Positions 19,244 to 30,815 of a stretch of 64,000 bases of DNA are shown here, piece by piece. The notes below the pieces were generated by a model. That model did no database searches. It had not been told where the DNA came from and worked only from the letters and a program-made list of their open reading frames with translations. This DNA comes from a virus, in IMG/VR virus record IMGVR_UViG_3300017527_001400, positions 1-64,000 of that record; one strand, written 5' to 3'. Position numbers and translations under genes: made by a program. The first letter of the stretch is position 1. Each line of letters begins with the position of its first letter.

Positions 19244-19319
19244 GTGGCCGGAGGCATACGGGTACGCCGATAGACTGTGGCTCTATTGCAAGTGGGTTCG
19301 AGCCCCACCGGTCACCCCA
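19244..19319 (+). tRNA. tRNA-His(GTG)
   Basis: ATAGA-CTGTGGC-TCTAT arm, C73, CCA; base at -1 is T, not G. Confidence 0.85.
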
Positions 19320-19323
19320 CAAA

Positions 19324-19402
19324 AGCCCCTTGGTGAAGTGGCTTAACACGACGGGCCTTGGACCCGTAATTTTCCCAGGTTCGAATCCTGGAGGGGCTTC
19401 CA
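19324..19402 (+). tRNA. tRNA-Gln(TTG)
   Basis: ACGGG-CCTTGGA-CCCGT arm (C33), GGTTCGAATCC, CCA. Confidence 0.85.
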
Positions 19403-19420
19403 TCCAAAAAAGGAGTAGGT

Positions 19421-19720
19421 ATGTCAGCTGATTGGTGTGAAACTTGTGGAAACTTTATGCTCTTCCCAAATTCTCATAAATGTCCTCCAATATTCATGGT
19501 TAATGAACCTGAATATGATGAAGAATGGTATAAGATAAGAGCGCGTAGCTTTGAGTCAGCTGCTGAAAAATGGGCTGACAAAACAGATGCCGAAGGTGAT
19601 TATTCAATTATCAGTGGCAACGAAACAGAAGTTATTGTTCGCAATGAAGCCGGCGAAATAAAAAAGTTTAAAGTTTTTGGAGAATCTGTACCCGAATATA
19701 CTGCAACAGAGATCGAATAA
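19421..19720 (+). CDS. hypothetical Cys/His protein
   Basis: AGGAG RBS; CETC...HKC. Confidence 0.6.
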   Translation: MSADWCETCGNFMLFPNSHKCPPIFMVNEPEYDEEWYKIRARSFESAAEKWADKTDAEGDYSIISGNETEVIVRNEAGEIKKFKVFGESVPEYTATEIE

Positions 19721-19721
19721 A

Positions 19722-19817
19722 GCGGGCGTAGCTCAAAGAGGGGTAAGCGCACCCTTACGATAGAGCGCCGTGCCACCAGCACGGAGGTCGGAGGTTTGAC
19801 TCCTCCCGTCCGCTCCA
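19722..19817 (+). tRNA. atypical tRNA-Gly(ACC) with enlarged D-loop
   Basis: GCGGGCG/CGTCCGC-T-CCA Gly acceptor; CCGTG-CCACCAG-CACGG arm; extra GGGT..ACCC hairpin in D-loop. Confidence 0.7.
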
Positions 19818-20018
19818 AGGAAAACCATGCATAAAACAACAAATACAACTACAAAATATATATTCTCTGAGAATGATGTCATTAATATGATTGATGCTTT
19901 CTTGTTGAAACATGAAGAAGGTGGTGAAATTAACTTCATGAATGCGGTTGTTCGGGCAAGAAGTGCCAATTCATCCAATGCATCTGTGCCTGTAGGCCAG
20001 TTGGAACTAACAATCTAC

Positions 20019-20095
20019 GGGTCCCCATGTTCCAAGGCTGGCGAGTCGGGCTCCAAACCCGACTGAGCGAGGTTCAATTCCTCGGGGATTCGCCA
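20019..20095 (+). tRNA. tRNA-Trp(CCA)
   Basis: TCGGG-CTCCAAA-CCCGA arm, G73, CCA. Confidence 0.85.
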
Positions 20096-20505
20096 TAAGG
20101 AGATCTCATGAAACACAAAGAATGTGGAGGAAAATTCGTAAAGGTCCCGATGAAAGACAATCACAACCATTATAGGTGCAATCGTTGCGGCTATAAAATG
20201 GTAAAATATAGGAAGGCTTAACATGCTTCGTAAATACCAAGAGATTCCATCGATGGATTCATATTTAGATGAAGTCTGTGAAAGATGTGGATTCAGATAT
20301 GGGTCTCACCATGGAGGAACATCGCCATGGCCTAGAGACTATTGTCCCGGTCATGAAGACAAAATGGATTGGGATAAAGGCCCTGGGACTGTTTTCAGAG
20401 GTACTGGAAAATATAATAAAAAGTCTTAACCACGTTCGAATCGTGGGCCGAGGGAAGCGAGCCTGAAACAAAGGGCTCTCCCAGAGCAAGCACTCTGGCC
20501 CTTGG

Positions 20506-20606
20506 CATGGACCGAGGGGTCATCCGACAAGCTGAGAGTAAGTGTGATTATTCGGACGCCTGAACACACTGAAACGGGCTTGGCAAAGGGTGGCGTGTGT
20601 AGGCTT
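20506..20606 (+). ncRNA. structured RNA repeat, copy 1
   Basis: ~100-nt near-identical copy at 20925-21026 with a compensatory change. Confidence 0.55.
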
Positions 20607-20694
20607 ACCATTGGTAAGGGGCGCAGGTGAAACAATCTGAGCGTGTGGCAGGTGGCCTTAAACGGGGTGGAGCCTTACCATCAAAATTAAACAT

Positions 20695-20879
20695 GGGCGA
20701 AGTGGCGGAATTGGTATCGAGGGCGAAGTTGGGGTGTAGGGAAGTTCCAAATACGTGTAGATACCATTGATAAGTTTAGATAGACGCAAGGGTATCGGAT
20801 ATATGAGCCGATGAGAGTCAAATCACCTTGAGTACTTTAAAATGACATCGTGCAGGTTCAAATCCTGCCTCGCCCACAC
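20695..20879 (+). ncRNA. tRNA-Leu-like scaffold with insertions in D-loop and anticodon region
   Basis: GGGCGAAGTGGCGGAATTGGTA...TAGACGC...CGTGCAGGTTCAAATCCTGCCTCGCCCA. Confidence 0.6.
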
Positions 20880-20924
20880 AATAAATGAATTTTCGATTAG
20901 TTATTTTTAGGGGGCAACACAAAA

Positions 20925-21026
20925 CATGGACCGAGGGGTCATCCGACAAGCTGAGAGTAAGTGTGATTATCCGGACGCCTGGACACACTGATACGGGATT
21001 GGCAAAGGGTGGCGTGTGTAAGCTTG
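20925..21026 (+). ncRNA. structured RNA repeat, copy 2
   Basis: Repeat of 20506-20606. Confidence 0.55.
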
Positions 21027-21324
21027 TCACTATAACTAGAGGTGCTATCGATGCAAACGATTAAAATGTCAACCAACGGTGTTGCTCGACTGATATCAAT
21101 CAAGTCCAGTCTCGAGAACAAAGATTTCACCGATACATGTCCACGATGGACAGTTTATACCGAACCAAATCCAAAGATCAGCAACTGGTGTGAGGTTTGT
21201 GCTAAATTATTTGACCGGGTCAAAGGATTCAGTGATTGTCCCTGCAATTTATATAAAAGAGAAACATTAATCAAACGATTGGATAAAATTATTCAATACA
21301 ATCTAAAAGTCAAAGGAGGATATC

Positions 21325-22101
21325 ATGGCAGGAAAGCTACACGAGCTCTTGGCGGTAGAAGGGGACCTCGAAGGAATCTGGAGGAAGGTTCTCGCTGAAG
21401 CACTCAACACATTCACCAAGAAGAAGAACCATTTCATCGGCTTTGTTCGTCCGCTCGTTATGTTTGCTGATGAACGGCAGAAAGAAAATACCACGGAGCA
21501 AGTTGCTCGGACTACTACTGTCCGTGAAAAACTTGCTTATGTCTGGGTCTCTACCATTCGCTACTTCAATGCGATCGCTCAAAAAGAAAGCACAAATCAA
21601 ACAGCCTGTGCTGATCTCGTGGTTGGTGGAAAGGTTCTGCTCCCACAGATGCCGGCTACTTTATTGCTTGGTTTGGAAAGCCGCTTGCGTCAAGTCCGCG
21701 AAGTATATGCAGGAATTCCTACGCTTCCACCGGGTATCGAATGGAAATTAGATCCTTCGGTGGCAGATGATGTCTATAAATCTGAGGTTCCAGAGGAAGC
21801 TTTCAAAACTGAAAAGGTTTTCAGGGCTCAGGTTTTATACGAAGCTAAGTTCCCCAAGGATGGGGAAGGTGGGTCTTCGTTGCCGGCTCAGGTCGAGAAA
21901 ATCGCTGAGACGGTAAACATCGGTTTGTATAAAAAGACGTATTGGGCTGGCATGCTGTCGACAGCAGAGAAGTCTGAGTTGCTTGAAAAAGTTGACGAAT
22001 TACTTCGCTCTGTCAAACAGGCCCGGCAGCGTGCCAACTCAACAAAGATCGTGAAGCTTGACATTGGCCAAGTTTTATACGATTATATCCATAAGCCCTA
22101 A
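21325..22101 (+). CDS. conserved phage coiled-coil protein (KLHELLAVE family)
   Basis: AAGGAGG RBS; PATLLLGLESRL, GIPTLPP, VKQARQRAN. Confidence 0.7.
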   Translation: MAGKLHELLAVEGDLEGIWRKVLAEALNTFTKKKNHFIGFVRPLVMFADERQKENTTEQVARTTTVREKLAYVWVSTIRYFNAIAQKESTNQTACADLVVGGKVLLPQMPATLLLGLESRLRQVREVYAGIPTLPPGIEWKLDPSVADDVYKSEVPEEAFKTEKVFRAQVLYEAKFPKDGEGGSSLPAQVEKIAETVNIGLYKKTYWAGMLSTAEKSELLEKVDELLRSVKQARQRANSTKIVKLDIGQVLYDYIHKP

Positions 22102-22220
22102 CCTTCGAAGAAACCCTTACGAGGCAAGGCTGTAACCACTGCTTAACGAAAGGAGTACATGATGTTCTATTGCATAGGAGGTGGCCCATTCTGGTAACTA
22201 TCTAAAGGAGGTGATCCAGA

Positions 22221-22400
22221 ATGCCCAAGTCACGAAAGAAAAGCAGTGGAGACAAGAAACATGGACGTCTTATGAAAAGTCCATCCCATCAACGTTACAA
22301 CGCTGAACGCCGATGGGAAAAGAATAAAGCAAAGCGTGCAAAAAAACAAAATAAAATTGAGGCAAAACACCGTCTCAAAAAAGCTAAGGACTCAGTTTAA
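22221..22400 (+). CDS. small very basic protein (59 aa)
   Basis: AAGGAGGTG RBS; MPKSRKKSSGDKKHGR...; below the ORF-track length cutoff. Confidence 0.55.
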   Translation: MPKSRKKSSGDKKHGRLMKSPSHQRYNAERRWEKNKAKRAKKQNKIEAKHRLKKAKDSV

Positions 22401-22735
22401 TTGCTTAGTGTTAGTGTTAGAAGCCTCAAGCGGCCTCATGGCTTAATCTGTGCTTGTCGCATAGTAACAGTTTATTGAGTCCTCAGTTTTGTCCGGTCTC
22501 TCCTTAAAGCGATTGGCAGTGTAGACTTTAACCATCAAGGTCGCCGGTTCGGATCCGGCCTGGCCCTCCATAAAAAAACTTATGGGCCAGTAGCTCAGCG
22601 GTAGAGCGTGATGAAATTAGTTTTACTACCACTGTTCATGAAGCAATGGAGCGTCCCATTTAGCTCTGTACTTGTAATACAGAAAGCAAATAAAATGGAA
22701 AGGGCGGGTCGAAAGGATATTCGGCCCGTCCATAT
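22385..22735 (+). ncRNA. structured RNA containing a permuted tRNA-like domain
   Basis: T-arm GCCGGTTCGGATCCGGC-CTGGCCC then GGGCCAG-TAGCTCAGCGGTAGAGC; ends in GGGCGGGTCGAA..TTCGGCCCGTCC hairpin. Confidence 0.6.
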
Positions 22736-24826
22736 CACAATCTGAATCCAACTATATCTTCCGGTGCTCGATGATCCGAGCTGTAAACTACTTGGTAATT
22801 ATTTGCAGGCAATCATTATTTATGGACAAAACTTAGCTCTAACGCTGGTTGTCAAGCCAGATCGAGCAGGGTAAAGTTGACTTTTTGTTTAGCATTCGAA
22901 TAGTCAAATGCATTTGTAATCGGTTGAGAAAGACCTGAAGGATCAAATAGGTTGCAAGTAGACCGGATATAAAATGGGATGTTGGGGTGAATAGCACAGG
23001 GAGGATGACCGATGCCCTTATGCATGGTCCAGGCCTCAGCATCCCATCTCAAAAGGATAAAAATGGCAGAATTCATGTTCACTCGCGCGACTAAAAGAAG
23101 GCTGGATGCAGGAAGGAGAATAACTATGGAGCCATGTGTAAATTCAATGTGTACGTTTTGGGATCCTGATCTTTTGTATCAGTGTAATGCTGATTTCTTC
23201 ATTGAAAGCTGCGATTCATATATGGTGTCGCCTGACGTGGAGAAGATGAATTGGTTGAACAGGACAAAAAAGCAAGAGCCAGACTGTGAGCTCATTGACA
23301 GGGCAAAACCAGCAACAAACTATCGCCAGGATATCTTCCATTTTTTAACTGATAATATTCAATCTATTGTAACAGATAAGAACATTATTTACGTCATGGA
23401 TTCAGGGGACTTGCATAAGCTCGTCAATAAATTAAATGATAGGTATAAAGGGAAAATTTTACAAAAGAATTTGCTGAAACACACCATTACATCAGATGTA
23501 TAGATAAGGAAGCCGTGAAAGTATTATGTTTAGATCCTGTCAGTGTCTTCGAAGAAGGCAGACTATATAAATGCGATAATATCAACTCGAGCCTCATTGC
23601 TATTTGGCACCCTGTTGAGTCAGTTAAACCAACACATGAAAAAGATATCATATCTAAATATTATAGCATAAAAGGTCCAGTAAGATATACCATGTCGACC
23701 AAAGTATTTAAAAAACATTTTATTGAATTTGTAAAATAGGAGAAGCAAATGCCATACGATATTACTGGATGGAACGGTAAACCTGATGGAGGACTAAGCT
23801 TAGCATTAAGGAACATATTGTCGATGCCAGACCTTGTCTTCACTACTAATACTTTTGGAAATATCACTATTAGCGGCCCTCTGCATGGATTCCATATAGA
23901 AGGTCTATATAATCCGGAAGCTTTTGAGATTCTTATTGATAAGATAGAGCTCAAAGGCTTGGATAGTGGAAACTATCTTGATAAAATGAAAACTATTTTG
24001 ACTGAAACTACTGGCAAGTATTCAGCTACTCTTATCTGGAACGATGGAGAAAGCATCTCAAAAATCACAGCCGATGACGGCGTGGTTGGGCACATAGAAA
24101 TCGAAATTTGACCAAAATAATTTTTCAAAAAAGGACGCGTAAATTATGCCCTACGATTACAAAAAAGATTTTCAAGATCCATATGAAAAGCTCATGTCTG
24201 ATCTGTTGGGTCACTCTGGTAAGATGATGATCTTTGAAACAATTGGCTGGACACATGCCTATTTTTGTTCTGAGCTCGATAAGGGCAATGATCCAAGGAA
24301 GATCGATGTTTCTGAATTAATTGCAAAGGCACAAAAGGATTTGATTGATGAAAGGCCGGAGACCACGCCGGTTGACTCGGGATAGACGCTTCTATTGTTA
24401 CGGATGTTATTTCCCTGAAAGAAGATCTGGTATTGATAGAAGAGATCAACCCGATCGACGGAAATAAAAGGAGAAATATGAAACCAGCTCGTGTTTTATT
24501 CTGGATAATTGCGGCTATATTTTGCGGAACCTTGTACTGGCAGATGGTTTCTGATATGCTTGCCTCTGAAAACGGCAAGGTTGTTGCCTTTGGAGTCATA
24601 TCTCTTATTGGAATAGCCGCAGGTCTTGTAGGTTATTATGACAGAATATTTAAATGCAAATAATTAGAGATATGGTATTTAAGCTGACGAAAATCTCACA
24701 CGAGATGCATCTTCTTGTTTGCAGATACAATATAGAGCCAACACCAGAACTAATGTTTCAAATCAAAACCTGTTCTAACGCCATGGCAGAGCTCAGCGAC
24801 GAAATAAACGATCTTGTGAGGATGAA

Positions 24827-25225
24827 ATGAAATTAAGAAAACACGCTAAACAGGAACTCGATATCCTGGGATGGTCTCACTCCGATTACAAAGACCTTCT
24901 TAACCTGCTAGACTCCCTTGAAAAGCAAAGTCACTCTGTTCAAGAACTACCCTTCTTTCTTGGTGTATTTGCCAAGCTCGCCCAATTCGAACCACTCGCT
25001 CCATTACAAGGAACCAAAGAAGAATGGATGAATGTGGATCTCGAAACCCTCCAAAACAAAAGATGTTTCCATGTCTTCAAGAACATAAAGACCGGCCAGG
25101 CTTATGATGCTAGAGGCTGTGTGTTCAGGAAGCCCAACGGCGCCTGTTATGTCGACAAGCGAAGCCATGTGAAAATAGTTTTCCCATATACTCCAAAAAC
25201 CAAATATATAGATGTGCTCAAATGA
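24827..25225 (+). CDS. conserved phage hypothetical protein
   Basis: PLAPLQGTKEEW, QNKRCFHVFK, FPYTP motifs. Confidence 0.65.
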   Translation: MKLRKHAKQELDILGWSHSDYKDLLNLLDSLEKQSHSVQELPFFLGVFAKLAQFEPLAPLQGTKEEWMNVDLETLQNKRCFHVFKNIKTGQAYDARGCVFRKPNGACYVDKRSHVKIVFPYTPKTKYIDVLK

Positions 25226-26486
25226 AAGACACTGCAAGAAGCTATTATGACCAAGTTAAAGACCAATATCCAGAATCTGGGATATTTAGAGCTTGCACCG
25301 GACTAACACATTTCTTGGTTGGCGGTGTCATGCATACCACTGTTAAGGAAAGTCGAAAAATAAAAGGTTTGTGGAATGCATGCAAAAAGGCAAAACGAAT
25401 GGCCATATGGCGAGATTTTTGGGCACCACACGAAGAAGAAACTGGAATAGCGTTTTGGGTAGAAAGACAATGAATAATTGTGTTTGTATAAAAGCTCGAG
25501 ATCCATTTCGCCTACTTCGTGTTTATGAGTATATACAGTCCGATGATATCATGCATGTTTATCATAAAACAGTTCATTTTGTAAGAACCCCGCCAAATTC
25601 GCAACGATGGGGATTGGCGTATGCTCCAAACGATGACAGTGGATATCACTTTGAAATTGAAATGAACGCATTTTACCATTATTTTAGGAAATTATGAATC
25701 TCTGGTGGGGATATATACACACTAATGATTCAAAGCAGGTGAAGAGGTTTTTCGATTGGCGAGACATCTCTGAAGCCGAGTGCAGTCCTTTTGTTTCCAA
25801 GGTTGTGAAGAAACCCTACTATGCCGAGAATAGGGCTGACGCGTTAATTAAACTCGAGGAGGAATTATGCTAAAACTTGTACTTTACACAATGCCAAAAT
25901 CAGGACGTTGGCGATGGAAGCTCATGCGGGCCGATAAATGTCTTGCCCGGGCTGATTATCACTGGGCCAATAAGTCGGCAGCCAAGACAGCCTTCAATGG
26001 TCTGGTGAAAAACATACAAAAGCTAGAAGGTAAGCCCGTCGCAATTGCAGAATAAACCGGGCCACCGTAAATAAAATCGACGTAAGCCAAATCACTCAAT
26101 TTTGAGTAAAATTACTCATTATTGAGTGATTTTTTGTTTTTGGAGGTACAAAACATGAATGTTGTCATAAAATTCCTTGCTGTAATAGGTGTTCTTGCAA
26201 TTATTTTCGCTGTTTATGCATATCATATGCCGACAGACAGCACAGATAAAGGTAGATGGAAAAGGTCCGGAATGCGTCTTCATGTGGACCAGGATACTGG
26301 CATAAACTATCTATCTACTCTTAGAGGTGGTCTCGTTCCAAGGCTCCACCCTGACGGCTCCTTGTACATCAGTACAACAAAGTAGTACACCTTCCATAGA
26401 CGAACCCGAATATCAGCCACAACATCTTGTATCTATTAGTTATTTCATTATAGATCTTATTTTTTTCTGGACTAACACGGAGAGAC

Positions 26487-27017
26487 ATGCTACTATCCAA
26501 TACACGATCAAAGTTGGCTGCCATCGCAACGATCTTGTCAATTATGGGGCTCATAACGTTTGCATTGTTCATACTTGAAGAGGCTATGCAAACGATAATG
26601 TTTGGCACTTGGGCTGCTCAAGATGCTGGCGATTGGGCTTTGGTTTTGGCTGGTTGCGAGACAAATCGCAAAATCAACAGAACATTAAAAATTGTGAACT
26701 ATTCCGTCGGGTGGATTCAACCATTCGCATTCATAGCTTATCGAAGTTATGGAGAAGCAATGGATTTTTACATTGAAGCGCTCGAACGTAAAATTCTGAG
26801 GCGGGAGCCAGGATTATTTATCGGCAAAGAATTAACTTTAACCGTACAGCCCGTGAACCACAAGAAACTTGCCGGTGAATACCTTATCAGAACAAAGTCG
26901 AACCTATTGGTACTGTCAACTGAACAGCTGAGACGGGGTCAAGAAGTCAGCGGAATAATAACAAAGTACAAGAACACTGTGGCATTGACCATAGAGACAT
27001 CCAAGAAAGACAACTGA
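26487..27017 (+). CDS. membrane-anchored protein, paralog of 43005-43358
   Basis: GLITFALFILEEAMQT...WIQPFAFIAYRSY vs GLVTFSMFIMQEAQQT...WINPYAHFAYRSY. Confidence 0.6.
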   Translation: MLLSNTRSKLAAIATILSIMGLITFALFILEEAMQTIMFGTWAAQDAGDWALVLAGCETNRKINRTLKIVNYSVGWIQPFAFIAYRSYGEAMDFYIEALERKILRREPGLFIGKELTLTVQPVNHKKLAGEYLIRTKSNLLVLSTEQLRRGQEVSGIITKYKNTVALTIETSKKDN

Positions 27018-27044
27018 ACGGGTTGTAAAATGCAAGGAGACGCT

Positions 27045-27749
27045 ATGACAGGAAAAGATGTTGCTGTAAAGGAGAAGTACGCAATCATGAACCCGGAACA
27101 AAACGTCATGGAAATCATTCAGTTGAACTTGGGTGGAGAGGCTCTGTCAATTTCAGATCTCGACACAATCAAGACGCCAGCTGGTGGTTCTACGATGTGG
27201 ACGATTCCAACGGCTGGAGATGACGAGATCGTAAAGGAATTCTCTGGTGTAATTATTCACTCCCAGATTCAACGAACATATTGGGAAGATGAATATTCCG
27301 GCAAGGGTCAACCGCCCGATTGTTTTTCAAACGATGCCGTAGTTGGTACTGGCATCCCCGGCGGTGATTGCTGTGACTGTCCGAATGATGAATTCGGATC
27401 TGCACGAAAAGGCAAAGGCAAGGCTTGCTCAACGAAACGTATCATGTTCATCCTCCGAGAAGATAGTCTGTTGCCGACGGTTCTTCGGGTTCCAGTTGGA
27501 TCCTTGAAAAACAGTCGAAACTATCTCAGCTCACTTTCCAACAAAGTCCAAGCGATGCACGGTGTTTTCACCGAGTTTGGTCTGGAGAAGGCTACGAATA
27601 CCGGCGGAATCGAATATGCCAAAATCACGTTCAAAAGGACGGGGGTTCTGACACCTGAAGAGGTCAAGGCAGTTGTGGCCTACAAGGAAAAGATCCTGCC
27701 TTATATTGACCAGGCCGCATCAGTTTTCATACCGGAAGAGGCTAAATAA
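27045..27749 (+). CDS. putative ssDNA-binding replication protein with Cys motif
   Basis: PPDCFSND...CCDCPNDEFGSARKGKGKAC; directly upstream of primase. Confidence 0.55.
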   Translation: MTGKDVAVKEKYAIMNPEQNVMEIIQLNLGGEALSISDLDTIKTPAGGSTMWTIPTAGDDEIVKEFSGVIIHSQIQRTYWEDEYSGKGQPPDCFSNDAVVGTGIPGGDCCDCPNDEFGSARKGKGKACSTKRIMFILREDSLLPTVLRVPVGSLKNSRNYLSSLSNKVQAMHGVFTEFGLEKATNTGGIEYAKITFKRTGVLTPEEVKAVVAYKEKILPYIDQAASVFIPEEAK

Positions 27750-27758
27750 GGAGCTACC

Positions 27759-29423
27759 ATGACAACATTTCTTCAGGATCTATACAAAGGTAAACCAAAC
27801 GATCATCACATCTTAATATGGACTCTGAAAGGAAAACGCTCCAAATGGTTTAAGACGGTAAAGGAAGCGGAGGACTTCATAAGTGCCAACCCTGATGATA
27901 CATACTTCGGGGTTGGCACAAGTATTAAGGACTTCGGACCTTCGAAACGATGCACAAAAAGTAAAATTTCAGGAATTCCCGGGCTATATGTTGACATCGA
28001 TATAAAGCCCGATGGCGAAGACAGCAAAGCCCACAAGGGTAAGAAGTATCCCAAAAGTATGAAGGAAGCTCTGTCACTGGTCGAAGGACAGGGCATGGAT
28101 CCAAGCATTATCATAAATAGCGGTTATGGATTACACTGCTATTGGCTATTCGATGATTTCTGGTCATTTGATAATAACGCTGAACGCCAACAAGCTGCAG
28201 AGCTCGAACAACGTATGAACGCCACGATCTTGAACCGTGCGAAACGCAACGGCATGGCGATAGACAGCGTGTTCGACTTGTCTCGGGTTTTGCGGCCTGC
28301 GGGAAGCAATAATTGCAAACGCAAAAAGCCTGCTGCAGTGACTGTACAATCAGACAGTGGTAAAAGATATGATCCTCTTGACCTCGAACGTGACCTCGAC
28401 AAACTCCCTGACAAAAAAATAAAAGATACACATAGAACTTTCTCAGACATAAAGATAGATCCGGGATTAAAGGTCAATCCAAAGGTAGAGATCAAGGCGG
28501 ACGATTTATTCGAGCTATCAGCACAGCAAGATCAATTCAATGCTACATGGGCAGGTAAACGAGGCTTCAAAAGCCCATCAGAATACGATTTAAGTCTGGC
28601 GAATATGGCTGTAGAAGCCGGATGGAGTGATCAAAAGGTCGTCAACCTGATTATCCATCATCGACGCAAAACCGGAGAGCTTGATCCGGTCAAAATGACT
28701 AGAAAAGATTATTTTGATCGAACAATAAGACTTGCAAAAGAAGCTGCTAAAAAAAACGAGTTTGAACGGCTTACAGACAAAATCGTGGCAAGCGGGACGA
28801 TTTTTGATCAAAAAACTATTCAAGATGTTACAAATCACATAAATAAGCTGCTAAAACCTCTCAAGTTTGTAGAAATCAGAAAGCATATCAACGAACCAAA
28901 AGTAGATTATTTTATAGACGTCATTGCACCTGATGGAACGGCTTGGGAGATAAAACTTGAAGGTAGCTTACAAACTAGACTGCTGTTTATAAAAAACCTT
29001 CAAGACAGAACAAATGTACGCCCCAGAATCGGCGTCAAGCAATGGGATGCCTTGTCTCAGGCATTCAGCATCGTTGTTGTAGAGGTTGAGCGATCTCTCC
29101 GGATGGAGCAGATACAAGATGCAACAGTTATCTATGTTGAAAAGTTCATTGCAAATAAAAACGTCAAGCTTAAAGAAGTCTGGTCTTCGGGTCAGCCATT
29201 CAAGCATAAAGGTGAATGGGTCTTAAATGTCAAAAAGTTCCACACATGGTTCACCCTTGCAAACAATGAAGGCGATTACGATCAGAAAAGCCTCAGAGCC
29301 GATCTCAAGGAGGCCGGCTTCAAAGGCATTAACATCTGGCTGGTAGAACATCAAGCAGATGGAAGCTATCTTCGAAAGAAGAAGGCTTATATGAAGATCC
29401 CCAAAAGCTGGCCACTGCCTTAA
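27759..29423 (+). CDS. RepB-type (AEP) DNA primase
   Basis: YVDID, INSGYGLHCYWLF, DLSRVLRPAGSNNCK, SPSEYDLSLA. Confidence 0.85.
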   Translation: MTTFLQDLYKGKPNDHHILIWTLKGKRSKWFKTVKEAEDFISANPDDTYFGVGTSIKDFGPSKRCTKSKISGIPGLYVDIDIKPDGEDSKAHKGKKYPKSMKEALSLVEGQGMDPSIIINSGYGLHCYWLFDDFWSFDNNAERQQAAELEQRMNATILNRAKRNGMAIDSVFDLSRVLRPAGSNNCKRKKPAAVTVQSDSGKRYDPLDLERDLDKLPDKKIKDTHRTFSDIKIDPGLKVNPKVEIKADDLFELSAQQDQFNATWAGKRGFKSPSEYDLSLANMAVEAGWSDQKVVNLIIHHRRKTGELDPVKMTRKDYFDRTIRLAKEAAKKNEFERLTDKIVASGTIFDQKTIQDVTNHINKLLKPLKFVEIRKHINEPKVDYFIDVIAPDGTAWEIKLEGSLQTRLLFIKNLQDRTNVRPRIGVKQWDALSQAFSIVVVEVERSLRMEQIQDATVIYVEKFIANKNVKLKEVWSSGQPFKHKGEWVLNVKKFHTWFTLANNEGDYDQKSLRADLKEAGFKGINIWLVEHQADGSYLRKKKAYMKIPKSWPLP

Positions 29424-30469
29424 TTAAATAATACAAAAAGAGGAATCATGGACAAAGCCTTCGAAAGCACAGCAGAACTGTTTCTGCACATCGCTACCCT
29501 GGCCATCGCAAAGAAGTCTTCGCCAAAGGATTGGCTGGAGACAGATGACAAGATGTTTATACAGCTATTAGTTCCCCGGGCGGTGCAAGATGAACTTGGC
29601 AGAGTGTTCAGATCCGCCAAGGACTCTGGGCTTTTCAAAGAGGACGTTGTACAAACCGATATCGAAACAGACCTGTTTATGGGATACCTCATAACAGGCT
29701 TGTGGCAAAGCATTGAAGAAGAGGAAGAAAAATGGAAGAAGATATCAAAGAAATTAGATATATATTAAGCCGAACAGAATCACACCTTGGCGAGATGTTG
29801 ATGACCTTCAAGACGGCCCTAGAACCAAGGCCAGCTCCAGTCGAGGATGGTCTTCTTCCGTCGGACTTCCATGAAGGCGGCACCAGCGGCCGGATCGGAT
29901 GGCTCCGTGTGGAAAAGGCGTTATCTATTATCAAACAGTCTTTGGCCAGAATGAATAGGATGGATGGTAGTATTAACATAGAACCAGTATTTCAGGAGCT
30001 AATCGAGACGCTAACCAAGTACCAAGAATAGGATAAAAGGAGAGAATTATGAAATTCGAAGGATTTAAACATCAAGAACACGAATCGGCAGCAATTCAAC
30101 TGGGTCAAGCAATCAAAACCATATCAGGCATGACCATGCAGATATTGGCCAAATACGGTCGAAGTTCACTGGCCTACAAGAAAGCCGTTGTTGCGCAGCG
30201 ACGGGCCTTTGGGTTACAGGATGAAATGAACGACCAATATATGTTCGAACGAGCGGAAATCTTAAAGCAGGTTCCGGAAGTAATGCACAACGGTTTTCCG
30301 GTCGATTTGTACCTGAATTGGGATGACCACAATGTGGTGGGCGCAGGCGGCAATGACGCTATGGCGGATACCCACAAAGTAGTACCCATCGATTCTGGCA
30401 AATTCGGCGAATCTCAGTCCGTGTAAGGTGCTACATTGTAGTGTTTTTCTCTGGGTTTTGTGAAAAAGC

Positions 30470-30815
30470 GAAGAAAAAAACATGAAAAAAACGACCGAAA
30501 AAAAGGTTGAATTAGTGGAAAAAAAAGTTGAATTTTCGGGAAAAAAGGTTGAATCAACCAAAAACTTTTTTGGGCTATGCTGAATGATATCACAGACTTA
30601 ACCCAAATTAGGCGTTATTCTATATAGGGTAATAAAACAAGTCATATGGTAGGTGGGTGGAGAAAAGGTTGACAATGAATGATATCAGTAGGTTATGAAG
30701 AATATTCAACTAAAAACACGTATTATTCAACCAAAAAGCAATGAATATTCAACCAAAAAAAGAAAATAATCAACTAAAAAGACATGAAAAAAGAAAAATT
30801 CAACCTTTTTTTATT
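30470..30815. repeat. putative replication origin with GTTGA/TCAAC iteron-like repeats
   Basis: Four AAAARGTTGA and about six TCAACYAAAAA/TCAACCTTTT copies in an A-rich intergenic region between primase and helicase. Confidence 0.6.

Noticed and set aside
20429-20450. Additional tRNA
   Set aside because: Only an isolated T-arm (CCACG-TTCGAAT-CGTGG); no cloverleaf
21366-21390. Self-target of decoded block 17705 (shared AATCTGGAGGA)
   Set aside because: Only about 11 contiguous nt match; expected by chance
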